A stretch of DNA of 63,063 nucleotides, the filler included, from Globobulimina sp. (taxonomy: Eukaryota): the NCBI GenBank assembly GCA_003354225.1. It is 49 parts of 49 records of this genome, joined end to end, with 100 filler letters (N's around TTAATTAATTAA, not from the genome) between each part and the next. Parts side by side here need not be neighbours in the genome. Positions count along the whole stretch, not along the records: positions 33,532 to 34,720 come from PIVH01021353.1; positions 34,821 to 36,009 come from PIVH01021354.1; positions 36,110 to 37,298 come from PIVH01021355.1; positions 37,399 to 38,587 come from PIVH01021356.1; positions 38,688 to 39,876 come from PIVH01021357.1; positions 39,977 to 41,165 come from PIVH01021358.1; positions 41,266 to 42,454 come from PIVH01021359.1; positions 42,555 to 43,743 come from PIVH01021360.1; 41 more parts are not named here. One strand, 5' to 3'. How positions within the stretch are numbered: position 1 is the stretch's first letter; the number at the start of each line of letters is the position of its first letter. Below are positions 34,099 through 45,280 of this stretch, piece after piece. The notes under the pieces are model-generated. The model was not told the DNA's origin, ran no database searches, and saw only the letters and a list, made by a program, of their open reading frames with translations. Position numbers and translations under genes: made by a program.

Positions 34099-34720
34099 AT
34101 GAGCTCCGAAGCAGAAGGAAAGAAAACAAATCCAAGCGCAATTCAACAATGCATTCAATGCTTAAACAATTACAAAGAAGAAGCAAACGGAGACAGTTCA
34201 TGTAAATTCCACCTTTCCTCAGCATGGGGGAATCGATATCAATGTTGTAATCGACGAAAAAACGAACCCGGCTGTAATACAAATAAGCATCGAGCTCAAC
34301 ACCACACTGATTATAAATATGGAGAATTTTTAAATGTCGTAAGTTCAATTTTAAACTATACAAACACCAGAAATGAATGGGCCAGCATCGAAGCACATGA
34401 TTTAAACAAAAATATAAAATTAAATGCATCCATTGGTTTCATCACAAATAAAGCGCCGTATTGGCGAAATCATTTGTATATAAAATTAAATTCTTATTGG
34501 AATTTCAAACCATTTTCAATCGAATATATTAACAAATTCAACGTAAACAATACCTATTCACATTCCACTCGGATACTAATCGATGAATGCATTGATACAG
34601 AAACAAATGGCATAGTTTACGCAGAGTGGGCATTAAAGCAGAAAACGAATGATATTTTTGGTGTTTATTTGAGTATAAAAACAGAAACAAGTTCAAATAT
34701 GGAATGTGTATTAATTACTT
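34099..34720 (+). CDS. Hypothetical protein with N-terminal Btk-motif-like Cys/His zinc cluster, 3' truncated
   Basis: CIQC...CKFH....RYQCC......PGC....H. Confidence 0.6.
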
Positions 34721-35100
34721 NNNNNNNNNNNNNNNNNNNNNNNNNNNNNNNNNNNNNNNNNNNNTTAATTAATTAANNNNNNNNNNNNNNNNNNNNNNNN
34801 NNNNNNNNNNNNNNNNNNNNTCTGCCATTCTTAGGTTTTAACTTTGAACTAGATATTTCTTCAAAAACTCGCTGCCTGACAATGAACAAGAATCAAAAAA
34901 CTAAAATTATAAAATTACTAAATTTAATTGATCAAACACTCATTTTAATGACATATAAATAATATATAAATAAAAAGATAAAAAAGAAATTAGGTCTAAG
35001 CTACAAAGAATGTAACAATTTATTAATTTGCTATTTATTAATTTGAAATTTATAATGATTTTTTTGAAAGTAAATTATTTTTGAAAGATTGAACATAAAA

Positions 35101-36009
35101 TCAATTTGCATCATCATCATCACCGCCACGCGTTTTATTATTTGCATCCCCCGGACCATACAAATCAAAATTATCATCAGTTTCGTATTCGTCCGTGGTG
35201 CCACTATTTAACGTAAAACTATGTTCCGGCAGCGCCGCACTTATACCTTTTGTGCCGGGTGTGCCCAATGGCGCCATTTCAATCTGATAAGTGGCAAATG
35301 CTGCACCGGTCACATTTGTATTCCCTTCATAGACCTCAATATAATCATCATCCGCTGCGGCTTGATATCGATCATTATCTAATTGCAACGATTTGCCTTC
35401 CACCGATTTACCGGTTTGGTATACATTTAATTCATTATTGGTCCACACTCCGTGCTCCAGATCATCAACACTGGCACGGCTAACTGGACTCGCATCACTT
35501 TGTTTGAATTGCCGTTGTTCGTCGTCAATGTCATGTACATGTAAATCAATTTGCTCTCCCATAGAGTCCCCGCGTGCATTGACTGCGTCCTTTTTGCCAA
35601 ATACTTTGACATAAATCACTGCAATCAAGATCACAATGCAACACATCAAACCCAATAAAATTATTATTATTATGGTTACAAATCCGGCGGAATGTAAAAT
35701 TGGCGATGTCTCTGCTGCTCCTCCTACCACTCTCATACCGTCACCGTCTGCAGACAGTAAATCTACAGTAAGCTGAGTATTTGATGTTGACTGCGCCTCA
35801 GCTGACTCAGCTGACTCAGTGCTACGCATCTCAGTGGATACAGAAGTTGGCTCTGCTGTCGTTGGGCTTGCAGTGGTCGGATTTGCTGTGGTGGGACTTG
35901 CTGTGGTCGGATTGGTAGTTGTTGGACTTGCTGTGGTCGGATTTGCAGTGGTTGGACTTGCAGTTGTTGGGTTTGCCGTTGTTGGGTTTGCCGTTGTTGG
36001 GTTTGCTGT
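35101..36009 (-). CDS. Type I membrane mucin-like protein with (TAxPT)n stalk, 5' truncated
   Basis: 15-bp repeat at 35850-36009 encodes TANPT/TASPT units; single TM helix FVTIIIIILLGLMCCIVILIAVIYV; acidic cytoplasmic tail. Confidence 0.8.
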   Translation of the reverse strand, partial: TANPTTANPTTANPTTASPTTANPTTASPTTTNPTTASPTTANPTTASPTTAEPTSVSTEMRSTESAESAEAQSTSNTQLTVDLLSADGDGMRVVGGAAETSPILHSAGFVTIIIIILLGLMCCIVILIAVIYVKVFGKKDAVNARGDSMGEQIDLHVHDIDDEQRQFKQSDASPVSRASVDDLEHGVWTNNELNVYQTGKSVEGKSLQLDNDRYQAAADDDYIEVYEGNTNVTGAAFATYQIEMAPLGTPGTKGISAALPEHSFTLNSGTTDEYETDDNFDLYGPGDANNKTRGGDDDDAN

Positions 36010-36471
36010 NNNNNNNNNNNNNNNNNNNNNNNNNNNNNNNNNNNNNNNNNNNNTTAATTAATTAANNNNNNNNNNNNNNNNNNNNNNNNNNNNNNNNNNN
36101 NNNNNNNNNACTAAAAATGATACAACATACACTAAGAATTGTCAAGGCCAACAATAACCAGTTTGATCCCGTCGTAAATAAATTCTACCTACCTATGGGA
36201 CAGATTTTCTTTAGTGGCATTTATATCTGGCGAACCGCCGCTTAATTTCTTCTTCTTCGCATCATTAATTTCGGTGGAACGTTTAACTCTGAAAAGAAGT
36301 ATGATTTTATTACGGACCGGCTGCTGAGAGTTCTTTCATAAATCTGGCGCAGATCAGCCCATATATTGTTAGGGAAAATGATAATAAAACCCTCAAAGAA
36401 AGCAATAAAACTTCTAAGGGTAATTTGTATAATGACCACATGGGAATACGAAGGAGCCTAGGTCATTAATA

Positions 36472-36877
36472 AATGGAGAAATGTGGTTTTCGCGAAATGT
36501 TTAAAGTTTGATACATAATATTGAAATATGACAGCACACTACATACAGAAGAAAAAAATTAAGAATTTTCCGTGAAACCTTTAGTCCATTGAATACTTAC
36601 TATTATTCCTAGAGGAAAAGAATCTATACATCACATATCTCCCATTACAGTATCTATGGTGCCCTGGATAATGGAGAAATGGTGCTTTCTCGAAATGTTA
36701 AAATTTTGATAGCATAATATTAAAATGTGACAGCACACTACATATGTACAGAAGGAAAAACTTAAGACTTTTCCCTGAAACCTTTAGACCATTGAATACT
36801 GTACTATTATTCCTAGAGGAAAAGAATCTACACATCATCTACCTCCCATTACAGTACCAGCATGGCTTTGGATAATG
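36472..36877. repeat. Diverged ~200-bp tandem duplication (satellite-like)
   Basis: Units start AATGGAGAAAT at 36472 and 36670 and share GACAGCACACTACAT, TACTATTATTCCTAGAGGAAAAGAATCTA and CTCCCATTACAGTA. Confidence 0.92.
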
Positions 36878-37456
36878 TGAAACAGCAAAGCCAACAGTGC
36901 ATGAGCAAGCAGGAAAGGAAATACATTAGAAATATAAAACTAACCTTTTGACCTCATTAAGTTTTGAAGCAACAGCAGCATTTTTAATTTTCTGATTTTC
37001 GACGGCCAGTTTTTGGCGTGAAGCAGGGGCCAACGATAAATAATAAATGTCACACTGGCGTCCAACAGCGGGTGTTCGATAATCCTCATAAAAAAATAAC
37101 GATTTGTCCGCTAATCCACCGAGTATTTTGCCATTTGTGCTGCATTCTCTGAACCAAGCTCCACTTTTTTCGTCATCCTTCATTACCAACACGAAGGGGC
37201 GACCATCAAAGAAAAGTATTGCCCCACGAGGCACATTTGGAGGTTCGAAGTGGGTGGTGGTTTTATTCCAAATAGCATCATTTTTGCGCATTCTTAGGNN
37301 NNNNNNNNNNNNNNNNNNNNNNNNNNNNNNNNNNNNNNNNNNTTAATTAATTAANNNNNNNNNNNNNNNNNNNNNNNNNNNNNNNNNNNNNNNNNNNNAG
37401 TAAAAATAGAAAATTTAAATGTTGATTGAAGAAATGAACTAAAAGCAAAAACCCTA

Positions 37457-38311
37457 ATGGGACCAAACATCAGATCTAGAGTTTTCACGGAAAAGCCTTT
37501 GACCATTGGATATATGAAGCCAAGGGTTGCATCAATAATTAATACACAGTTATATGAGGCATTGTCATCCACATCAAAAAATAAAAGTAACTTATTATCT
37601 TCATTTAAAGTGCCAAAAAAATCAGGCAAAGCATGGAATATGAATGAAGGCGATATTTGTCGTATTCAATTGAATGAAGGATCGCAAGTCGGTGATATGA
37701 ATTTTTGGAATAGAAACAATGTAAAAGAACACTTCTATAGCGGCAAAACAAGACAATTAGAAGGGACACATTTAACTTATTATAATCATTTATGGTCTAA
37801 TATGCCATATTTAAATATCATGGCAACTATCACTGATAATTCATTGCATTCATATGGCATAAATAAAGATGATAATAGTTCCATCCATGATGTGATAGGG
37901 ACTCGCTGCGATCCATATACTCACCGATTAATGAACCTGGATGCGGAGGAATGTGCCCATTCATGTCATCAACATTTATGTCAATCAATAACGACTGATG
38001 AATATAAACAATATCAAATGAATGAAGCAGATGTTCATGATGTATTTAATATATTTTTATGTTCAGGATTTACCATAGATTCTCATGAATATTTTATCAA
38101 AGGTACGCCGGCAACAATTGGTGATTATATTGAATTCATTGCTGGCATGGATTTGATTGTGGCGTTAAGTACCTGTCCTTATGGTGATGTATCTCTCCAA
38201 TGTGGTGAGTCAGTGCCAGATGAAATGTGCTTTGGTTTGGATGTGGAAATAGCAAAGCCTGATCACCACCTGGTTAATGAATGGAAATTGTGCAAATCTA
38301 CAGTGTTTTAA
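37457..38311 (+). CDS. DUF1989 / urea-carboxylase-associated family protein
   Basis: EGSQVGDMNFWN, FYSGKTR, LWSNMPY, HDVIGTRCDPY, HSCH, DVHDVFNIF, GDYIEF, ALSTCPYGD. Confidence 0.9.
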   Translation: MGPNIRSRVFTEKPLTIGYMKPRVASIINTQLYEALSSTSKNKSNLLSSFKVPKKSGKAWNMNEGDICRIQLNEGSQVGDMNFWNRNNVKEHFYSGKTRQLEGTHLTYYNHLWSNMPYLNIMATITDNSLHSYGINKDDNSSIHDVIGTRCDPYTHRLMNLDAEECAHSCHQHLCQSITTDEYKQYQMNEADVHDVFNIFLCSGFTIDSHEYFIKGTPATIGDYIEFIAGMDLIVALSTCPYGDVSLQCGESVPDEMCFGLDVEIAKPDHHLVNEWKLCKSTVF

Positions 38312-38687
38312 TGTAATTGATGTTATATTGTGTTGGATGTATAGTATTTCTTTAATTACTTTAGAATATGACGTGTTAGAAACACTCGTTTTTAGAATTC
38401 GCAAGCCATTTTGTTGGAGCTTGTTGAGATCATCACCAAGTGATTCATTTTTCCAAAACGAAGTGTTTCTATCCATTGTTAAGACAATTTCATGATAAAT
38501 TTATTTTGTTAAACAACACGCACGCGTTTAAAAATTATTTATTGTGGAATTACAGCATCTTGGTTGATGTGAACTGCATCATTTGGTNNNNNNNNNNNNN
38601 NNNNNNNNNNNNNNNNNNNNNNNNNNNNNNNTTAATTAATTAANNNNNNNNNNNNNNNNNNNNNNNNNNNNNNNNNNNNNNNNNNNN

Positions 38688-39732
38688 GATGCCTTATTTT
38701 TCTTTTTATCGATTCGATTTTTGGTTGTGGAGGTTTATGTATTTCTGTAGGTTTGGCGTTACCGGACACAATTTCTTCAATGTTTGTGGAAACCATTTTT
38801 GTTTCTTCTTTATTTAATGTTAATTGCTGCCCAATTTGTTTCATAAGATATGATAAAATTATCGAGTCTTCCTCGAAATCATCTTTTACTGCATCCATAT
38901 CTTCAAACTCTTGATCATTGACAATATCTTCAAATAATTCTGCAATTTTATTTCCTCGTTTTGCACCTAACATATTTGTAAAATATGTACACATTTCTTG
39001 TGAAACATCTTCAACTGTCTTGCTATAAACAGACGGTATTTTGGGTTTTTTAACAATCTGTTGAATACCTTTTATAATGGTATCTTTTGTAATTTCGTGT
39101 GTTTTATTTATCCGATTATAATCTATCTGTTCTGTGACATATGCTAAGATCGCACTGTTATCGATGTCATCAATATCATCCGTAACGCTCTCCACATCGT
39201 CAAACTGTAATAAATGCAAAACAAAATGATGAATATAAATAATAGTTATATACCTCTTCTTGTTTTAAAACATTCGCAAATAAATGCAAAATTATATCAG
39301 CAATTTGTGCATTAAATCTGATCGTAAATACCTTAATGATATCGGCAAATATTCCCCCAAACTCTTCATTGTCTGGCACTGGATTTTGAACTATTTTTGG
39401 GGGATAAAGCCATTGTCTTAGTCTTTCATACTCATTATGTTTGGATTCAGTATTTGTTATATTTAATTGTTCAAATAATACTATTTTACAACAACACGCG
39501 TTATATCCATTGTTAATGTCATCATAAATATCCTTCCATTCATCAAACTTTAATAAGTAATTATAATTTATAAATGTCACAAAAATATATAAAAACAAAA
39601 CAAAATGTTATTTGTAATTTAAAATACCTGATGGCGCACAAAATATTGTGATAATTGAGTTGCTAATTGCGAAGAAAATTGTTGTCCAATTCGTTTGTTT
39701 AATGCATCAGTATTCTGTGGTGCCAGTGTCAT
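38688..39732 (-). CDS. Hypothetical protein with three acidic helical repeats; introns 39548-39627 and 39205-39253; 3' truncated
   Basis: From the ATG at 39732, two phase-0 GT-AG introns (80 and 49 nt) splice into one open frame. Confidence 0.75.
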
Positions 39733-40050
39733 ATTAAATCACTACTTGTGTGAAGAGCGAATAATTTGAAGAGTGAAGGTCTGATGACGCGAAAAACTGT
39801 TATTTAATTTGAATTTTCTGAACTCGAAATGGCAGCTGCACCATTAATAAAATCAAGTAAAAAATGAAAGAAAAGTNNNNNNNNNNNNNNNNNNNNNNNN
39901 NNNNNNNNNNNNNNNNNNNNTTAATTAATTAANNNNNNNNNNNNNNNNNNNNNNNNNNNNNNNNNNNNNNNNNNNNAACGACAAGCTAGTACAATAAAAG
40001 TCATATATGTCACAAAAAAAAAACCACAAAAAATCTATCAATATCAATCA

Positions 40051-40779
40051 CTAATAGTAATCAGCGGATTCTGGGTTCTTTTCATGTTGTTTCTGAAGAT
40101 ATTGTTTGTCCGGTTCCGGTACTCGTGGCTTAAACCACCAATCAAATGCCAATTCCGGATGCATCTCTCTTATACGCGCCTCATTCAGCCACTTATCATA
40201 CTCCTCATCCGGTTCTGCACTCTCTCCCAAACCATGCTTCACCCGATACTCTTTCTTATATTTATCAATCCGCGCAATCATTTCCGGTCGAAAATGCCGA
40301 ATCAATCCCTGAACGGGCCACGCCGCCGCATCCCCCAACGCACAAATAGTATGTCCTTCGATCTGTTTAGTTATCTCAAACAACGCACTTATTTCATCAT
40401 ACTCCGCCTTGCCCACTTCCATCCGTTCCATAATCTCACTTAACCAACGCGCGCCTTCTCGACACGGCGTACACTGTCCGCACGACTCATGCTTATAAAA
40501 ATAGGACAAACGGGAGATGGCACGGATTATATCCGTCTCTTTGTTCATTACAATCACGGCAGCAGTGCCTAAGCCAGATTTGACAGACATCAATCCATCG
40601 AAATCCATAATGGCGTCTTCTGCGACGTGTTTAGGAAGACAGGGCACCGAGGAACCGCCGGGGATCACTGCCAACAAATTGTCCCAACCACCAATGACAC
40701 CGCCACAATGCCGCTCTAATAATTCTTTCAAAGGAATACTCATTTCCTCCTCCACCACGCATGGATTGTTCACTGCGCC
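40051..40779 (-). CDS. NDUFV1: Mitochondrial complex I 51-kDa flavoprotein subunit, terminal exon
   Basis: [62 protein letters not shown] (4Fe-4S N3 ligands). Confidence 0.97.
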   Translation of the reverse strand, partial: GAVNNPCVVEEEMSIPLKELLERHCGGVIGGWDNLLAVIPGGSSVPCLPKHVAEDAIMDFDGLMSVKSGLGTAAVIVMNKETDIIRAISRLSYFYKHESCGQCTPCREGARWLSEIMERMEVGKAEYDEISALFEITKQIEGHTICALGDAAAWPVQGLIRHFRPEMIARIDKYKKEYRVKHGLGESAEPDEEYDKWLNEARIREMHPELAFDWWFKPRVPEPDKQYLQKQHEKNPESADYY

Positions 40780-41265
40780 CTTTTTTTGTTGAGTTTGACA
40801 TTGAAATGGATTGGATTGGAATGGTTTTTTTTTGCTTGCAACTAAACTGAAATTCCGAATAATTTTGTTCCCGCATTATTTTTCCTGCCAAGGGAGGCAA
40901 ACCAATGGGCGCCTCTTTTGAGAATGGCCGGTAAAAGATTATGAGTAAGTTTTTGAGTATTCGGAATTATGTATGGAAGGAAAATAGGTTAATAATGAAA
41001 TGTTAATGGTTCCCGATGAAACGCAACCTTTAACAATTCAATTTTGACTTTCAATGTTTTCATTTTGAATAATCTGTAAAAAACTGTAAATTCAAAGAGT
41101 TTACAGTAAAAAACAGTAATTTCAAACTGAAAAGCAAAAAGTTAAATGTTACCTTTAACATTTTANNNNNNNNNNNNNNNNNNNNNNNNNNNNNNNNNNN
41201 NNNNNNNNNTTAATTAATTAANNNNNNNNNNNNNNNNNNNNNNNNNNNNNNNNNNNNNNNNNNNN

Positions 41266-42454
41266 GGTGTAATATTAATGTATTTTCTGTTTATTTTCAA
41301 TGGTTGCATAATTTTGTGTAGATCCGAGCCATTAAACATTGGCGGATGACATTGATACGAGTCATTTGCGCCAAACGTATAAATCTCATTTTGCTCATCG
41401 AGCATAACAGAATGATAATCGCCGCACGACGCGTCAATAATTTTTATCTTTTTTATATACTTCAATGGATTCGACTGTATACAAAATGGCTTCTTTTGGC
41501 ATTCGGTAAATGATTTATCGATATTTCCAATTTGATTATACCAATTACTCCCAAACAGCCATAGTTTATACCGATTGTCAATAAACATTGAATGTCTTTC
41601 ACCGCTCGAAATTTGTACAATTTTCTCTTTATGCGGTAAGCGCAGCGGTTGGTCAATCCATTCAAACTCATTCTTATTTTCGCCAATCCCCAGTTCGCCA
41701 TTCGTATTGACTCCAAACACCCAAATATTCCCATTCTGGGACAAACACAAAGTATGTTCTCGACCGCATGAGATCTCACTGACGATCTCGTCGATTCCTT
41801 CAATGATTTCCGGCTCTAAAATGTATTCATAGTCCTCGTCATACTCAATGCCGCACTGTCCTTTGTCATTTAGGCCGCAGCCTAACACAATGCCGCCATT
41901 GCAAGGCGCGGACAAAAAAATGGAATGTTTCTCGCCGCAGGAAATGCTGCAAATGTCCAATGACAATGTTACAAATAAATATTGCGACAAATTATTCAAT
42001 TCCAACGGATAGATTTGAGGCTGCGAGAATTTGTTATCTGTGCCAAATTGGCCATATTTATTCGTGCCAAATACGTATATCTTTTTGGCTTCTTTTCCTT
42101 CGATGATTATAAAGGAATGTTTGGCGCAGATTCCATTGGAGATTGTTTTGATTGTTCCACTCTCCATATTTAATTGTGTGAATTCGTCAATTTCTAACTC
42201 GCGACTATTTACACCGCATTGTCCCAAGTTATTATGTCCCGCAACGTAGATTCTACTCAAATAATTGTTCTTTATCATGAATTTATGTCTGCCGTAATAT
42301 ATGCAATCTGAGATTGGCGAACTTAATAAATGCGAAAATTCATCGCATCTTTGAAAACCGCGATAATTTACATTGTGGATAATGTGCGATTTACGGATAT
42401 TCATATTTACATCTACAAATTCTTCGTATTTGTTCATTCCAATCGCATAGACAC
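41266..42454 (-). CDS. RCC1-repeat protein, partial
   Basis: Six blades with G.N..GQ.G and CG..H(S/T) motifs. Confidence 0.93.
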
Positions 42455-42565
42455 NNNNNNNNNNNNNNNNNNNNNNNNNNNNNNNNNNNNNNNNNNNNTT
42501 AATTAATTAANNNNNNNNNNNNNNNNNNNNNNNNNNNNNNNNNNNNNNNNNNNNAAAGAGAATTT

Positions 42566-43591
42566 ATGCTCAAAGTACTTAATCATCCATCAAATCTGAC
42601 AAATACGCAATTTATAAATAATTTATTAAACACAATCAAACCAGAAACAAAAACAAAAACAAAAAATAATAATAACAAGAATTATGATAATCATTTTAAG
42701 ATTGAATCTGCAAATAAATTAATCGAAGCATGGGCAACAAATGAATGTAAATTAAATGAATTATTACAGAAAATCTCCGCATTTAAACTGCAATTAAACA
42801 CATTAAATGAACTACGATTGGATTGCAATATGACTATCAATAACAATGTAACCGCCGCAATCGAAAAAGAGTTAAATATCTGCACAGCGCAAGAGAAGTC
42901 ATATCGTTTTCGGCATGGAACCTTAATCAAAATAATCAATAAAATCAAAAAATTAGAAAATAAAATATTACAAAGCAAAAAAACCAAAACACTGCAACAA
43001 ATATTTGAGAAATTAATATTAAACAAAAATGACTGCAAAACCAAACATTCATTGAAATTAAACGCATTGAATCAAAATCATAATCAAATAAAACAACAAT
43101 TATTCCAAATGTGCAGCAATACGAACGGTTTAAATATCAATGAATTAAACTCTTTAAAAACCCAACAAAATGAGATCCAAAATGAAAAAAAAAATATTCG
43201 CAAATCCATGCATGATATACAAATATTTATTGATGGAATTCAACAAATATTAAATGAGATTATATTCAATCAATCCATTGATTTAAATCTATGGCTAAAA
43301 GCTGCCGAAAACGCGCATAAAAATAAGGGAAATAAATCATTCGTTGCCGCGCCCGCAATATTTCAACGTATAAATACAAAAACAAATATAAAAAAACCAG
43401 TATTACCATCCATTGCTAACACAACGCATAAAAAGAAACAGAAATTTAAGCGTCCGACGCGTTTGAAAGCCGTCAAAGCAAAACGGATTACAATTTGCGA
43501 TGTGTTGCCTAAAACATTATGCCCTGTAAAGCTATCACAGAGTTTAGTGCATTTTCTTTGTTGTTCTGTCAATTCAATCAATAAAAAATAA
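42566..43591 (+). CDS. Coiled-coil hypothetical protein, partial
   Basis: Long N/K/L/Q-rich heptad-like ORF; probable intron near the 3' end. Confidence 0.55.
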   Translation: MLKVLNHPSNLTNTQFINNLLNTIKPETKTKTKNNNNKNYDNHFKIESANKLIEAWATNECKLNELLQKISAFKLQLNTLNELRLDCNMTINNNVTAAIEKELNICTAQEKSYRFRHGTLIKIINKIKKLENKILQSKKTKTLQQIFEKLILNKNDCKTKHSLKLNALNQNHNQIKQQLFQMCSNTNGLNINELNSLKTQQNEIQNEKKNIRKSMHDIQIFIDGIQQILNEIIFNQSIDLNLWLKAAENAHKNKGNKSFVAAPAIFQRINTKTNIKKPVLPSIANTTHKKKQKFKRPTRLKAVKAKRITICDVLPKTLCPVKLSQSLVHFLCCSVNSINKK

Positions 43592-43843
43592 ATGTTTTAT
43601 ATTGTAGCATTTCTAAGCAATGGAACCATCCGCGATGACAGAGAGAGTATGTTTGAATCGCCGGCATCGAAAGAAAGAGAGAATTGGATCAATGAATATA
43701 ATCTACGACATTTACCATCCATTATACATAGATATAAATCATTNNNNNNNNNNNNNNNNNNNNNNNNNNNNNNNNNNNNNNNNNNNNTTAATTAATTAAN
43801 NNNNNNNNNNNNNNNNNNNNNNNNNNNNNNNNNNNNNNNNNNN

Positions 43844-43978
43844 TATTTGTCAAAGCATCTAAAGCTTTCTCACAAGGCTTGCTATTTATCATCATTTATT
43901 TTTATGCTTAATTCGACATATGCTTTGCATTTATCGGAGGGGCATGTTGAGTGGCTGGCGATGGCTTTTGTGCCGTGG
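43844..43978 (+). CDS. Bacterial-type integral membrane protein fragment (GT-C/YfhO-like), fused to the next gene
   Basis: YLSSFIFMLNSTYALHLSEGHVEWLAMAFVPW resembles the F.L....A.H...GH......PW segment of bacterial membrane glycosyltransferase-like proteins. Confidence 0.4.
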
Positions 43979-45031
43979 TGGCGCATACCATCGTTTTGGG
44001 CGAATGTAGCGGCAAAAAGGCCGACGTCATAGCTGCAGCGTGGTCTGCGGCGCAGTCCGCCTTACGATTATTGAAGATAGGCAACAAAAACGCGCAGGTC
44101 ACCCTAGGCATTGACAAGTCAGCAAAGATATTCAATGCCAATGCCATGGACTCTGTGCTCTCGCATGAGATGAGGCAGTATGTGATCGACTACGACAACA
44201 CCATCATCAGCGCGGAGAGCGCAGAGCGCAAAGTGGCTGAATTCGAGTTCGAAGCACACCAAGTATTTGGCATCGACATTATGATGAGTTCAGGCCGCGG
44301 CAAGGCAGTGGATCGCGGCGAACGGTGCACCATTTATAAGCGCAATGTTGAGGTGGAGTATCCATTGAAGATGCGGACATCGCGGGAGTTGCTGAAGCAA
44401 ATCAATAAGAAATATCCAACGTTCCCCTTTTCGATGAGGAACTTTGAAGCGAATAGGTCGAGGCTGGGGATTACGGAGTGTTTGCGCACAAATATTGTGC
44501 AGCCGTATCCTATTTTGAGTGAGAAGAATGGCGAATTTGTGGCGCAGTTCAAGTTCACAGTGATACTGAATCCCAACGCGACCATTCAGATTACGGGTTT
44601 GCCCCTGGATATGGCCAATGTGCATCCCACCAAACAGGTGAACGACACTGATAAAGGCGACGAGGAATTGAACAATTTGTTGTCGACCAAGTTCGAGGGC
44701 ATTTTGCCGGTGTTTTATGAAAAGATCCGCATGCCTCAGATGGCGCAGTTTGAGACAGTGGTTTTGGAGGGAAAGGAGAAAGGGAGCGGTGAAGGGAAAA
44801 AAAGTGATAATCGACCAAAAAAGAAAAAGAAAAGTGGGAATAAAGGAAATCAGAATAGGAATAGAGGTAATCAGAGGAATAAGAAAAGTAATCAGAAAAA
44901 TAAAAAAAATAATAGAAACAATAAAAAAAATCAACAAAATAAAAATAGAAACCAACAGAATCGAAATAATAATAATAATCAGAATCGGAATCAAAGTCAA
45001 AATCAAAATCAAAGTCAAAATCAAAGCCAAG
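43960..45031 (+). CDS. PA2G4: Proliferation-associated 2G4 / EBP1 (M24 fold) with N/Q/K/R-rich tail, partial
   Basis: DGFCAVVAHT, KKADVIAAAW, VLSHEM, YPLKMRTSR, FPFSMRNF, PYPILSEKNGEFVAQFKFTV. Confidence 0.92.
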
Positions 45032-45280
45032 NNNNNNNNNNNNNNNNNNNNNNNNNNNNNNNNNNNNNNNNNNNNTTAATTAATTAANNNNNNNNNNNNN
45101 NNNNNNNNNNNNNNNNNNNNNNNNNNNNNNNTTTCCCCTTTCGAGCCATTCCTAACAAACAAAAAACACACTATCTCACCGTTTAATTGCTCAAAAATAT
45201 GTGTTTACAATGAATTCTCTGCAAATACGTATTTTTGAACGTATTAATATCGCAAATTCGCATAGATAGAAAGTGGAAAC

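Noticed and set aside
35819..36061. (AVVG(L/F))n hydrophobic repeat protein
   Set aside because: Antisense reading of the TAxPT mucin repeat
44290..45030. 246-aa Ile/Leu/Phe-rich minus-strand ORF as a membrane protein
   Set aside because: Antisense shadow of the PA2G4 N/Q/K-rich tail
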